Below are positions 1 through 18,329 of a stretch of 64,000 nt of DNA, in pieces. The position numbers and the translations under genes are program-made. The DNA comes from Azolla caroliniana. Taxonomy: Eukaryota > Plantae > Polypodiophyta. The stretch is from assembly GCA_043228905.1 (NCBI GenBank), contig JBHGNT010000002.1, positions 2,170,001-2,234,000 of the forward strand, given 5' to 3'. The notes under the pieces were generated by a model, which was not told the DNA's origin, made no database searches, and worked only from the letters and a program-made list of their open reading frames with translations. The stretch's first letter is position 1, and the number at the start of each line of letters is the position of its first letter.

Positions 1-89
1 AAGTAAAACTTTCAGTGCGCTTGCTGCTATCAGAAAAACAGCTATTCTTGACCAAACTTCAGCTTTGAAGGATGTTAAGCAATTTATCC

Positions 90-4892
<4,803 letters not shown>

Positions 4893-5023
4893 GGCGACTC
4901 GATGGCACTCTGCGTCTGTTCTGTCTGCGTTTCGTCTGTGAAGCAACTCTGTGTATGTGTTTCTGTTCTGTTCCTTAAAGACGCAGAAAGAAGAAGGAAA
5001 GGAAGCACGGCAGCTACGTCTCA

Positions 5024-5024
<1 letters not shown>

Positions 5025-5058
<34 letters not shown>
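5025..5058. repeat. (CT)n microsatellite upstream of PAE
   Basis: Pure CT run seen directly. Confidence 0.9.
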
Positions 5059-5061
<3 letters not shown>

Positions 5062-5157
5062 GGCCGGAAAAGCACCGGAAAGAAGCCATGGATGGCCATG
5101 GCCAAAGAAGTGGCCCCTGGTTTCGGTCTCACCATCTGCGGTGCCCCGGCTCACATT

Positions 5158-5458
5158 CAGGAATCGGCAACGGTTCGGTTTCGGCTTCACCGGTTCGGGA
5201 GTTTTCAAACTTGCACCGAATTGGCTCCTAGAACCATCGTTTATCCAATCTATATATGAACCGGTTTATCCAAACCGATGACGCCTTTTTAAGCGGTTTG
5301 GAAACCAGTTTAAAGCCAAAATGGTTCGGTTCAGCTTGAATCATCCTAAACCCAACTCAAACAGGTTAAGGAGGCTCAAGCCTGAACCAAGCGAAGCCAA
5401 ACCGCCAAATGGTTTAACAGCTTAGTTTAGGCTTGAGCTGTGCCAACGCCGACTCCTA
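5158..5458. mobile_element. Probable degenerate MITE in the PAE promoter
   Basis: Many GGTTCGG/AACCG subrepeats and imperfect inverted ends (ggaatcggcaacgg ... ccaacgccgactcc). No clean TSD. Confidence 0.35.
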
Positions 5459-7440
5459 TTTGCAATCACATACCATATGCAAGCATTCATTCCAAATGTT
5501 CATTTGCAAGTGGATCGGTTCTATGCATCCATTCGAATATACAAAAGGTTCCCAAAAATAACGTTGTGTAGGGGCTTTTCATGTTGAGGAATCCTCGATG
5601 AACCCTTCAATTGTGGTAAAAAAAATGGCATGTCTTCTTGCTTGCTACAAAACATCTTGTGCTGAAATTTTATGAACAAGGCCCAATACTGAATAGTCCA
5701 CCTCTATGCAACTAGTAACCACTATTGATAATATAGTAAAATTTTCCCTTCAAACCAATTAGTTTATAAGAGAGGATCATGTGTATCCAGCATACCATGA
5801 AGCGAATTGCTATTGATCTGTCTTATCTTTAGTTGCAACTTATGCCACCCCATTATCCGAAACAACATGGCTAGGTTATATGTTTGTTGCCCCATAATCC
5901 AAAACAACATGGCTAGACTATAGGTCAACCCGCCCTCTCACACACACGCACGTAGAAATAATGTGCAAGCTGACCCGGAGCCCAGTATTTATTAGTTCAC
6001 ATTGCAATGACAACTTCTAATTTGCACAGCAAACTTTGAGCCTTATTACAATGGACATCATTTGCTTTAAATATTTATATGCACATGCATGCACCCAACA
6101 TAGTAAAGCCTTGCTTCATTACAACGTCTTCCTAGTGGATTTATACAATCAAATTATTAAAAAGCATGTGCACAAAAGTGATTGCTGCGCTCCTTTTTAT
6201 CAACATTCATAATTATGAGCTATGATCATATTAAAAGAATTGTTGGCTCACATTTACTGTTATCTAGCTTTTGTACTTAGTTCAACTCTTTAATTTTTTG
6301 CTGATTTGTGTGAATAGAGGATTCAAGCAATCCATTCCAAGAGTAACCTCACTACACACCAAGAGTTCATTCATTTGCGTTATATCACATAAACTAACAA
6401 TGATAACCTTTTTAACTTCCAAAGACTAGTTTTTTGACTTCCCTAACACTGATAATCGATTAAAAGACATTACTACTGTTCAAGAGAATCACATCTCATC
6501 TTCCATTGCTCTATGTAAACAGATTTAAAACATATCAAATAATCATAATTTTCCATTTAAAAGAGATTTAGTTGAAGAGAAGAGTGAAAATTCTCATAAA
6601 AAGAAAACCCCTTGGCCTTTGAAGTAGACTCTCCAATGCTCTGCAAACTTGTAAAACTACCGATGTGTAATACAACTCTCTTTTGGTATTATCAAGGGCC
6701 AAATTGGGTAATATACTTGGTTTGTGGAGTACCCATGCTACCTAACGCCCTCGTCATGGGAAGCGAGTGAAGTAGGCCATGAACCTACAAATCCATGTAG
6801 CCATAATGCTCGTAAATCATCCATATAATCCACCGAATTAGAATACGTCACATACTACTGGAAATAAGAAATTAGTACAGCTTTTATCTATATTGTCATC
6901 TTTTCATATCTCATTTTACAAACAAACATTTCACGCCATATGAATGATGATATAACAGTGAAGACAAGATTATGATTAGGCATAGCATCATCTCTACCCA
7001 CCTCACTGCTTAAATTAGCTAAGCCCAATTAAAATCGTGCAAGATGCAGTCTTATATTTATTCCTAAACAAAAATTGCATTATATTTTTTATCAGTGATT
7101 TTGAATGATTAAACAGGAGTTTTCATTTGACAATTTTCTAAAAATTTCCATGAAGTTGTTTCTTCCGAATTTATAAAACAGAGTGGGTTAGTTACTGGAA
7201 AAATATACCACTCACTATTAAAATATATAAATATACAGTACTGGAAAATAAATGTACCATTCACTATTAAAATGTATAAATATACAGCGTAATATATATA
7301 CATGAAAGTAATATACATAAAAGGAAGAAGATCATGTGGCAGGGACAAACATTTGTTAATGAGAATCCCACAAAGATTAGAATGCAACATAACATGGTGG
7401 AGGAGTTTTACAGAAACAGATGTGAACCTTGATCTTGCAG

Positions 7441-10400
7441 TTACTTATCGGCTTGCTTAGCACGCTTAGGTTTCCTGTGCCCATGATTTTTTGAAACTTT
7501 TACTGGTTTCTTCTTAGGACTGCATCAACATGCCAAGGGGTTTGCTTTAGCATTAGAAAAATAATACGAAGGGTAATTCACCAAAGTACCCATAACATAT
7601 TCTCGAAATTCCCAAAATATCCCTTGCATTGAGAAAACTCCCAAGAATAGCCCTGATTAGAGTATATCCTTGACTATACACTTTAGGATATAGAAAGGAA
7701 AACATATTAATGACTTTTAAGGGGCCGAAATAGTCTATAAGACCAAACAAGAGACTACATCTTAAAAAGTTGTCTCGTCTTTAAAGTGATAAGAACATTT
7801 ATTATTAAAGTGGACACAACAAAGTTGAGTCGATCAAATAGTGCCAATTATAAGACCCTCTTCTTATATACGCCCCTAGATGTTACTCAAGCAAAGTATA
7901 TGGAGACACACATAGCACATGCCCTATGATACTCGGTCGATCACACAAACTCATCAACTGAGCATCAAAACTAGAGCATATACATACATAGATTTAGAAG
8001 GTTGTATCTGCCAGCTTTGCAATCAAAAAATTAAATTTGGAAAGCATTATGGATGGCATTGCCTGTCTATTATAAGATTGTAGGAAAATATCATTACCCT
8101 TTTAGAGTAGGATTTGGAGCTCTTGGTAGGGCAATGAATTATAATGACCAAAGGTATTTGGTGTGGGATATGGAGACAGCAAGAAGGCCTCTTAAAGAAG
8201 AGGTTGATACTTCATTGACACATCTAGACAAAGAGACCTTTTGCAGATTTCATCTGCATGGATACTACTAGTCGTACTAATTATGTGTCACAATTGAGGA
8301 ATCATGAAACAAAATCCATTGCTCTTTGTCTTGGACTTCATTAACATCAATTGGGACGATGATGCTAAAGAGACTCTTCCATTAATATTCGACGGGTGAC
8401 AAGATGATTGATGGAGCTTTGGTGTTTTTGAAAGCTAGCTTGTCCAAAAGACCATGTATTTCCAATTCCATATCCAATTAGTTTTGCCATACATGAGCCA
8501 ATCATTATATTATTTATATCTCCACTATCATGACATTGCAAAAAGGAATGCTTTCATCATAGAGAAATCAAGTGGTGCATCATGAAGTAAGCATGGTCTG
8601 ATCTTTGATGACATTTAGTTATATTGTTGCCTCGTAGACTTCACGAAAACTTTTGATATGGTACCTCATGAGCATTTTTGGAGGTGCATTTGAGAACTCA
8701 CAGTAGCAAATGAATATATAGCTCTTAAAAGAAGATAATCGTTGGGAAGAGCCAAAATAAAGATGACCCATGCATTATATACAATAAGGAGCCAATTGTC
8801 GAGAGTTAAGGGTACCCCTATGTCCACTTGGAAAGAGTTAGACAATGCCCAAAAGCATTTCCTAACAATGGTTCTTCAAGTCAAGAAACAAATGCCATAC
8901 ACTCTCCTTGAGACGGGATCCACTTCCCAATGAGATCCATGGCCCTAGAAATAGCTGTTGAGTACAAGCTTAAGGTTCAAAAAAGCCCCTCACATTGACT
9001 TCCTAGAGTCACTTGGGAACCAAGCAAAAAGATCCAAAAGACACCCAAAAGAAAAAATGTGTAACGGTTGGATGTAAGATATGGAAAAATGGTTTGGAAG
9101 ATGGGATGCAACACACTTACTTCATGATATATATCAGTAGATTCCTTGCATGGCTGTGGAAAGGCTTGTTGAGTACAAGCCTAAGGTTCAAAAAAGGCCC
9201 TCCCCATCGACTTCCTAGAATCACTTGGGAACCAAGCAAAAAGATCCAAAGATACACAAAAACAAAATTTTGTGGTACAATTGGATGTACATTTTTCCCT
9301 AAACAAAATAACAGCCTAAGCATCACACTTTGATACAATGCTTTGCCTTCAATGACATTTGACTATGCTTTCCACACATCTTTGACCCAGCCCAATCCTT
9401 GCACTAATTTCTCCCAATGTGCATTGACAATTGAGACATTCATTACTAAAGTTCTTGAGCATCGACTGTCACTACTCATTTTCATTTGTATTACGTGAAA
9501 ATGAGTGGGTCCTTTTCATGTGAAAATTGAGACATATGTTTTATTTTTGGTCTCATAGGTCATAATCAACCTCCAAAAAATAAATCTAACTATTTCTAGA
9601 GACAGTAGTTAAGAGGGTGTGAATTCGAACTATTTTAACAATTTCAAAAAACAAAAGTGAGGTGTTTGGCAAATTTGCAATTACGTGGAAAATGCTGGGA
9701 ATTTCATGTGAATCTATAGGTATTTTGGTCATTTTCCCAATAAATAAATAGCTTTTTATTGCATCATCACCCAATGCAGTAACTGTACCTACCCTAGTAA
9801 GGAGGAAAAGAAGACACTGAGCACCATCATAGGAAGAAACAGTAGGGCTGATGCCTGCATTTCATCAAGGAACAATTAACATAATTGATCATAAACATGA
9901 CCACTCAAACATATTTAATTTCTAAATAAAAACAAATCATTCTTACCAAGAACCACGCAAGCTCATTGCTTGCTAATGGTGCAAGGATGTCAATCTTCTT
10001 GAGTGTTCCCTGGACTGAAACTTGAAGCTACATAATAATTTACTTTTTCTTAGAAACAAGCAAGAACTCTTAACCATGGGGTTAATATGGAAAAGCTATA
10101 TAAAGGTTCTCTTGAGAGTAATAGCAAAATAGGTATAAAACATACAGTTATTACGGATAAATCTATAGAATTATAACGTCGTCAAATAAATCGAAGTATG
10201 GAAACTAAATAAATCACAATGGAATTACAAAATATCGTATACCTGGCTATGATATGCAGTAGCAGAAGTTAGAAATTCTCTGTAGGCCTTGAAAACCTTT
10301 GTTCTGTATGGCTTAGTTATAGAGTCCATTTTCTCATAGTATGGTTGCAAAAATGCTGCAGCTTTCTCAATGTATGGCATGGATATCTCCTTCGCAGCCT

Positions 10401-13400
10401 ATTCATTTATCAAACAGGTCTTAAAAATTAGAACTCTCCACATGGTGCAAGGATGGAATATAGAAAATTCCGGAGCATGATAGAAATAAAATATTGACAC
10501 ATAACTAAGGATAATGAGATACTTCATAAAAAAAACTTTAGAAGATATACCTCTAAATGAGGTTTGGCTGTGTCATGAACCTTCTGCAGATGAGGAGACA
10601 CAATATAGACTACTGATTTATATCCTTCAGCAACTTTTGACTTAGCAATTTGAATATGTGGCCCAATCACAGATGTAACAGATTCCATACTTTGTTTAAT
10701 TACAGGATTCCACTTATTCTGTACATGCTGTCATTCAAAGAAGAAAGAAAATTACCATATTGTAGGAATTAAACCTTCTGAAGAAAAAGTACCTTCTATA
10801 GTGGGAGTTTTTACACTTCTAAAATTCTCAATATACGGCTTTGAGCTCTTCCAAATCGCAAACGCTTTTTGTGATGCCTGCATGAAATAAGACTTCATTT
10901 CTTAAAGCAACACGATTTGTAATCAAGGGCATGCCATAATGGAGCAAAAAACAAAAAATACTTTTTTCTTCATTTCTCCAAATGCCATTGGTCAGCCCTA
11001 GAAAGGACATTTATATCGACAAATCATCCTCATTTTTTCTCTTTCGGAGGTGACCAATGGGCATTTGGGCAAATAACAAAAAAACTTGGGCATTTGGACA
11101 AGCAAAGAAAACTAGAGTATTTCCGAGTGTTTCCCTATATTCAATATGTAACCTTTTCTCCAACTGAATCTACAAGAGGTTGAGCATGTGTTGCCCAATA
11201 GACCTGCAAGCAGCATTTACATTACATAAATTAAAAAAATCTGCAAATACTCTATGCCCAGGTAAAGGATTTTGCATCAGGAAATAGCATATTGCAGCTT
11301 CACCTCCAGCTCTGATGCTTTTATGACAATCCATGGAGGAAGCCAGCCACCATGAACCTAAGAAAAAAAACAAGATGTGTCCCACCCTTTAAGAACAACC
11401 TCAAAGAAGATATTAATATTTTTTCATTTACAGCTTGAAGCACCTAAATCAAGACAAGAAAGAAAATATCTTCAAAGCATCATAGCAGTGCAGCCCCATT
11501 TAACTACGACTTCAATATTGACAGGACCAAAAACCATAGTCATTTCCAAATGTTTAGCCAAATTCTGTCCTAATTTTTTATTTTTAATGTAGAAACGCAG
11601 AGTTTCTTCAGCAAGTGAGCTAATGTGATTGAAAGGTCAAATTCAAAATCTAGCAATATAAAAGGGACTAAAAATGCACCAAAAAAAAACACTGAGCGTT
11701 ACGTATGTTAAGGTGAAGCAGCAGGACGAATGGAAGTTTGGAAACTCTGCATTTTTAGCAAGCGGGTTCAAGAGAAGATACAACTACACAATATAGTAGC
11801 TGATATTTCAGCTGAATTCATTAACTTTATTGTGGGAATATCCAGGATGCACTTACTAGCTTCCATGTTCCTTGGATTAGGACAACAGCAGAGTGTTGAA
11901 AAAAATGAATTAGATGCACTGTATTTAGAGATATATTCTGGCCAGTTTTGAATAAAACATTGTCAAGGCAGAGCATCAAAAATTTGGAAAAGCTCCGATA
12001 TTGCAAATAATGCCTTACAATGGTTGTGAAATCATACCTTACGAAGTTCTTTTTCTTTTGCATCAATGTCTTCTTGTACTTTTGCTAGAGTTAACTGCAT
12101 CATGAACACAAGGCTTTAGCTATGACTCCAATGTTGATCCTAGAATGCAGATCTATTGAAGCAAAGTTATCATAAATTTAGTGAGATTTATCATGTCAAT
12201 GCTTGAACGCAAATCTATGAAAACAAACCTCTGCCATATGAAGCGCCTTTTCTGCCTTTGCAATTTTGGTTTTCTGCTCAGATACTAGCTTTTCTAGCTG
12301 CAAGACGCAAATAGTAGGATACCAACAAAAAAACCAAAAATGTCATGCTAAGCCTCCAAAACAAGAAGTACATAAAAAGCAGGCTTAATGAATTAATATC
12401 CTTTCCAGGCCATAAATATTATTTGAGCACCAAAGAAAAAATTGGACAATTATATTTTAATACTTCATAACTCAAAACAAAAATTTGTGTCGGATTTCAA
12501 ATGCACAGATTCCTATTTCAACATTTTCGCATCAGCCCACCTGGTGAAATCTTGAGGCTTACTTCTACTTAAACAAATGGATATTCTTTCCTTTGAATTC
12601 CTCAATATATTCTTCTCTAAATTTCATAAGAGAATATTCAGAACATGTAACTTCGACATTGCTTCTCCTATAGGAGGGATGTAAAACAATTAAAGGAGGT
12701 ATGAATAAAATGCCAGAGAAGAGAACAATTAATCTAAGTATTCACAATAGAAAGAAGTCAAAAATATAATACATTTAACCAAGTTGTCCTTATCCACCCA
12801 CCCTCTATCTCTATAGATGTTATATAGTAATCAGGAATGACAGTGGGTGGAGGATAGTATGGAGATGCTCCGGTATGTTTGTCTGAACAAGGGGTAACTA
12901 TTATACAGGGCTAGGAAGTGACTGTTAAACATTGAAACCACTTTAAGTGTTTTAACTGGGATACCAACAACCCGTGACTTCTCCTCATATGAGGACCTTA
13001 CACCATTGAAGCTTAGATAACTTTTTCATGGGTGGTGTTTATTAAAGATAACTTTTTCGACATAACCTAACCCAACAAAATGTATGTAGACACATATACT
13101 ATCATAAACGCATGTTTGCATAAAACATTATGAATAAAGAAAAGGTAGGGGAGTATGTGCATGTTATGTAAGCAAACAAAAATATTTGAAGCCTATATAA
13201 AGTATTGCATTTTCTAGGTTTTGGATTGTTAATCCTATTACGCACAAAAGATATACATAAATAAACACATTATAGGATATTTTACAACTCAATTGTGCAC
13301 TGCTCCAATTTTACCATGTTTCGAATTCAAAAGAAATCATTATGGAGTTCAAGTTTGTCAAAATTATTCATTCATTATTGAAGTTCATGCAACAGTTCGG

Positions 13401-15889
13401 GAATTTCAAACAAAAAGTATCAGACATTATGAAACATCGAACCACCTCGTTGATTTTGTAAAAACCAATCCATTCAATTTGCTTAGTTTACCTAACACTT
13501 TGAAAATTGCGATGCCAACCATTACAAAAGATGGCAGAGGAAAAGACGAAATAATCTGCCTGAGTGTTTCAAAATCAATCCATTTATTACTTAGTTTATA
13601 AAGATAAAGTCACCTGCTTGATTTTAGAAGAATGTGAAGCACTTTCAGCCTCTAGAGCATTTGCCTTCTCCTTGTGCTTTTGTAGCTCAATGTCTGTTTT
13701 CCTCAGTTCATCTTCAAGATTGGTAACCTGAAGTCCCCACAGTTAATGATATATCCATGATACATGTGATGCTATGAAGAAATGTGCAACATCTAAGAAT
13801 TTGTTCAATCTATGAACAAAAGAGATTCAGATGATGAAGAAACCAGTGAACATGCATTAGTTTTCCACACAAAAATTGTAACCAAGAGAGATTCAAAAGG
13901 TGAAGAATCTCATCATTTGTTCAATCCATAAAAATTAATCAATCGAAAGGCATTTTGGAAGATGGAAATGCATAATGTGTCCAATTCATGAGGTGTAAGT
14001 AATCAATAATCAAAAGATCTTTTGATGATGAACTAGTACACTATATCCAATCCCTGAGAAGTAAGCAATTGATAGAGCTTTGGAAGATGCAGATATGATT
14101 AATACATAAGAATTTGCTTGGTTCATGCAAAATAGGCAATCAAAATAGGCATATGAAGAAATATGAGGATTTGTTCAATATTCCATGAAAAAACAAGATG
14201 ATCAAAACAGTTTCTCAAATAAGAGTGAAATTTAAGAATATTGTCCAAACCATAGTACATAAAATTCGTGTTTGTCTAGCATAACATTCGTTTTCCTACG
14301 TTGGAAAACAAATGCGAATGTTATTCAAACATTCTTGTGTTTTTTCCCTTTTTTAATGTTTTTTTTTTCCATTTTTTAGGCTTATTTACCTCATAATAAA
14401 TAGTTAATCCAAAAGTATGGTATTTATCATTCTTTGAGGGTGTTTTTCTTACGCAAATGATTGAAACATTCGCGAATGTTAATGCACGTATGGTACGTAT
14501 GGTTCATACTATGGTCCAAACCATGAGAAATAAGTTATGAAAAAAGCTTCAGGAAATGAAAAATGTGTGATATATATGAAACCATCTAGTCTATGAGAAA
14601 GAAGTATCAAAAAGATAAATAAAGCAAAACAAACCTTGGATCCAAGCTCCTTTTCCACCGAATCAAGATCTGAGGTTTCCTTTGCCTGTTTAAAGGGAAG
14701 TGAAACATAAATTGCATATCACATAAAGAAAGGAAATATACAAGTAAGGGAAAATGTAGATCACGTCTTGATCTTTCCAAATTCTTCATGTTCTAGATGA
14801 GAAAATATATAAACCTGAGTTTAATCTTGAACAGAAACAGAAATCTAGAACGAAATATTAAAATACCAGTTACTATAGATCACACCTTAAGACTTTCAAA
14901 TTCATCTGGGAGGATAAAATTATAAATTTGAGCTTAATATTGGAGGAAAATAGAAATCAAGAATAAATGTAATCAGGGAATCAAAGCTTTTCAATCTCTT
15001 CTTATTGAGAATGTATAGGAGCTTAACCTTGAATCTTAAACATAAACAGAGAACAACAAAACGTCAAAGCAGCAAGGTGTGTATAGGTCATACCTTCAGC
15101 TTTTCAAACTCTTCTTCCAGAGCAGAAACGACCTTTAGCTTATCTTGCAAAGCTATGTCTTTCTCTGACAAGCTTCTCTCTGGAAGAAACAAGACATATA
15201 CCTCTTCGTCAGATACCAAAATCAAACAGATAATTTGAAAGGAATTTAGGGATAGAAAATCTTATACCACGATCAAAAACAGAATATGAAGCAAAGTTAG
15301 GATTCGAAAAGTATATATCAAGATCAAATAGCGAATGTGGAGCGAACTTAGGGTTAGAGATTCATATACTAAGATCAAATAGAGCAATGACGCGTAATTA
15401 GCATTAGAAAAGCATATAGAGAAATCAAACAGAAAATTTGAAGCGAAGTTGCAAATACTGAGATCCTATACAAAGCAAAATTTGAGTTAGAAAAGCACAA
15501 GAAATCCATACACTGCGATCAGATGATAATCTGATAGAAATTCGGGGGTTGGAAATTCTGTCAAGATCAAACAGAGATATCCTGGAGCAGAATTAGGGTT
15601 ATAAAATCATATTACCGAGGTCAGTCAATTTTCCTTTTGCCCGATGAAGCTCTTCAATCAAAGCGGTATTGTCAGGACATTTCGGAGGAGAGATCAGAGG
15701 ATCTAAATCCTCGCCGGGGGGGAGCTTCTGTGGGGGAAGAACGGCTGCTTCGGTTTCTGCTCCTGCTTCTGGTATTACTTCTGAAGCTTCCTGAGCGGAG
15801 ATCGGAGGAGGGAAAGAGAAGAGGAAGGAGGAGATGATGAAGAGGAAGAAGAGGAGGAGGGAGCGATGGCGAGACATGGCGAGTGCCAT
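7441..15889 (-). CDS. Conserved plant protein of unknown function (At4g31340/At2g24420 'myosin heavy chain-related' family): signal peptide, coiled coil, C-terminal TM and basic tail; 14 exons, ~454 aa
   Basis: Exons 15889-15616, 15179-15094, 14685-14635, 13727-13614, 12297-12229, 12094-12038, 11357-11304, 11203-11153, 10877-10815, 10718(or 10727)-10551, 10398-10243, 10027-9947, 9854-9793, 7519-7441 splice GT-AG in frame (1365 nt). Recognised motifs: EQKTKIAKAEKALHMAE, VHGGWLPPW, FLTSATAYHSQ, ELAWFLASALLFLP, GHRKPKRAKQADK*. Confidence 0.88.
8200..9400 (+). mobile_element. Decayed LINE reverse-transcriptase fragment in the last intron of the coiled-coil gene
   Basis: ~8620-8690 reads YCCLVDFTKTFDMVPHEHFWRC, matching the non-LTR RT motif 'FVDF.KAFD.V'. 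There are many stops and an internal duplication (~8938-9050 vs ~9148-9265). Confidence 0.6.
14251..14513. mobile_element. hAT-type MITE (263 bp) in an intron
   Basis: Perfect 8-bp TSD GTCCAAAC (14243-14250, 14514-14521) and termini CATAGTA...TACTATG. Confidence 0.8.
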
Positions 15890-17883
15890 AGCCACTGTGC
15901 CAGTTCAAAGCTCAAAAGCTCTGAGAAACTGATAGGTCTTTCTCTTCTCTCTGTATTATGTTTAGTTGCTTACTACATACATAACTTTTACTTTCTTCTT
16001 TCTTCTTTCTTCTTTCTTCTTTCTTCTTTCTTCTTCTTTCTCCTTTGTTTTTCTTCTTGGTGATGGTAGTGGTGGCATGGCCAAGCGAAGAGAGGAAGAG
16101 GAGTCTTGAAGACTCTCCGGAGTGTCCGAATGGGCGCGTGTTTGGCCGCCTGCAGAACCAATCCCGAAAGCTCAACACTACTCTCGACTGATGGACCCCA
16201 CCATACATACACCCACGCTCATGACTTGAACCTTGCTCCTGCTCTCCCAATGGGCACCAGTAGCCCCATACATACACGCCTTTTCTGCAGCATCGCTTTC
16301 ATGACCCTAGGAGCATTGGCCGCTATGGCCTAAAAAGAAGTAAAAACACTTTCAGCTTATAGCTCTATTGGACATGCTGGTTAGTTATCTTTCAATCGGT
16401 TCTTCACATGGAATCACAGAAGGAATTTAATCACCACTAATTGGCATCTCTATTCATATATCAATGATCAACGCACCCACGTTGTGAAGCTCCCATTGAT
16501 GTTTGATTCTGAGGTCCGCGATGCCATCTGTTCATGATCCCTAAATACGTCTGTGTTTTCTCTTCGTGCTGCCCCATTGTCACCTCTTGTCAAATGTGTG
16601 TGACCCTCATGCTCTCGTATAGTTTATGGAACATTGTGTGTCGTGATAGGTTGTCTATTTGTTTGATGGGTCTTCTTTGTCTCTTTCATCCATCTACCTG
16701 ATAGGAAAAGAGGCCTATATATCATTAAGCTTTTTGTGGTTTCGATTTGTGTTGTTTCTATCTCATTATATTGTGGTGTGCCTTTTGAGCAAGCATGTGC
16801 CTTTATGATGTGGTGTATCTTTGTTCCTTTGTGCTACCTTTTTAGCAAGCATGTAGCCAAGCCAACCAAAATGGGTATCTTTGTATCAATTATAAATTGA
16901 GCAAGAAGTAATAAGCAAGGCGAGTTAGTTTGGAAAATACTCTTTTGTTGTAAACCAATTGTCTCATGGGCCAAATTTGGCCTTAGAAGACGTTAATATA
17001 TCTTTCTTTCTATCTTTCTTTCTATGTGCATTTCACAATATTATTAATTTTCATTTCCATCATAGAGGGGCATACTTGAAAATAAGGATGTCCATTGTAT
17101 ACATTTTTATGTTTTCTTTGGGCTTGCATATCGTGTTTCTAGCTAACTTCTATCATCACATATTATGTATGGTTTGGCAAGGTAAGCATGCAATTTTATT
17201 GCACGCACATGTTCTATGCACATTTTTGTAATGTGTGGCAAAACCATTTTATTTAATCTTCAATTATGGTTCCCCCTTAGCATAGTATTTTATATGTACT
17301 TAAATATATGGTTTGATGTATGGGATGTGATTGCTCACATAATGAGATAATGTGTAGACTTTGTTGATAATTACATGCATACCTTATTCTATCAAAGTCA
17401 TGAATTTTAGAGAATCCAAGCTCAATCCTTGCCTTGGGATAACCCCATTCTCATATATCGCAATTAATCTCCCATGGACATTAAAAATATATCCATCTAA
17501 TTGTACACCTTTCTATGCATGGGATCATAATCGATTTTTAACCACATTATCAACTTCTCGATTTCCATCCAGAATTGATGAATGTTTATTCTTGCATAGG
17601 AGCAATCTCATGTTTTCTAGAATGATGATTGAATAGTGGCCCCCTTGTCTATTCACAAGGACTTTGTTTATGTTTTCTCTTAGTATGTTGCAACATCTGC
17701 AACACGTGCAACAATAAGCATACCATTCAAATTTGACACAAGCTATCCTGATCGTGCCTCCTATGTGCCATCGAGGAAACTAAGAGAGATTAAGGAGACT
17801 AGTGATCTCAATAGCCACAAATTGTTTGTGCTCGATTGAGAAGTGTACATGCTAGCTTCATACTTTGTGAATGGTTGCTAGAT

Positions 17884-18305
17884 CTTATAATAAAATGTTA
17901 ATTTACTGCTTATATTCCATCCTTGAGTACATATATAAGGTCTTGAGGCAAAGTACACGAAAAACCGTTGACATCTCTATCTCTTATCGTAATTACCTTA
18001 CCCTAGTGGTAAGTGGTAAATTGTTAGCACTACAAGCATTGCGTTGTGTGTTCGAAACCTAACTTCCTCACCTCTCTATTATATACTTCTTATATATCTC
18101 TTAATTCAGTAGATGCCACTGTGGAATGTAGGGCAACGTTGAACCCATGACCACCTAGTCTCCATTGGGCAACCTGACCAACCGAGCTACATCCATATGG
18201 GTTACTTATAATAAAATGTTAATTTACTACTTATATTCTGTCCTTGATTACATATATAAGGTCTTGAGGCAAAGTACACGAAAAACTGTTGACATTTCTC
18301 TCTCT
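17884..18305. repeat. ~100-bp direct repeats enclosing two convergent tRNA-like A/B-box modules
   Basis: cttataataaaatgttaatttact...gttgacat at 17884 and 18205. A plus-strand module at ~18004-18060 and a minus-strand module at ~18135-18189 lie between them. Confidence 0.7.
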
Positions 18306-18329
18306 CTCTCTCTCTCTTGCTTCTTTTCG

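Noticed and set aside
15900-16340. Possible divergent gene upstream of the coiled-coil gene
   Set aside because: Low-complexity CTT tract and promoter-like sequence with no recognisable protein or exon chain.
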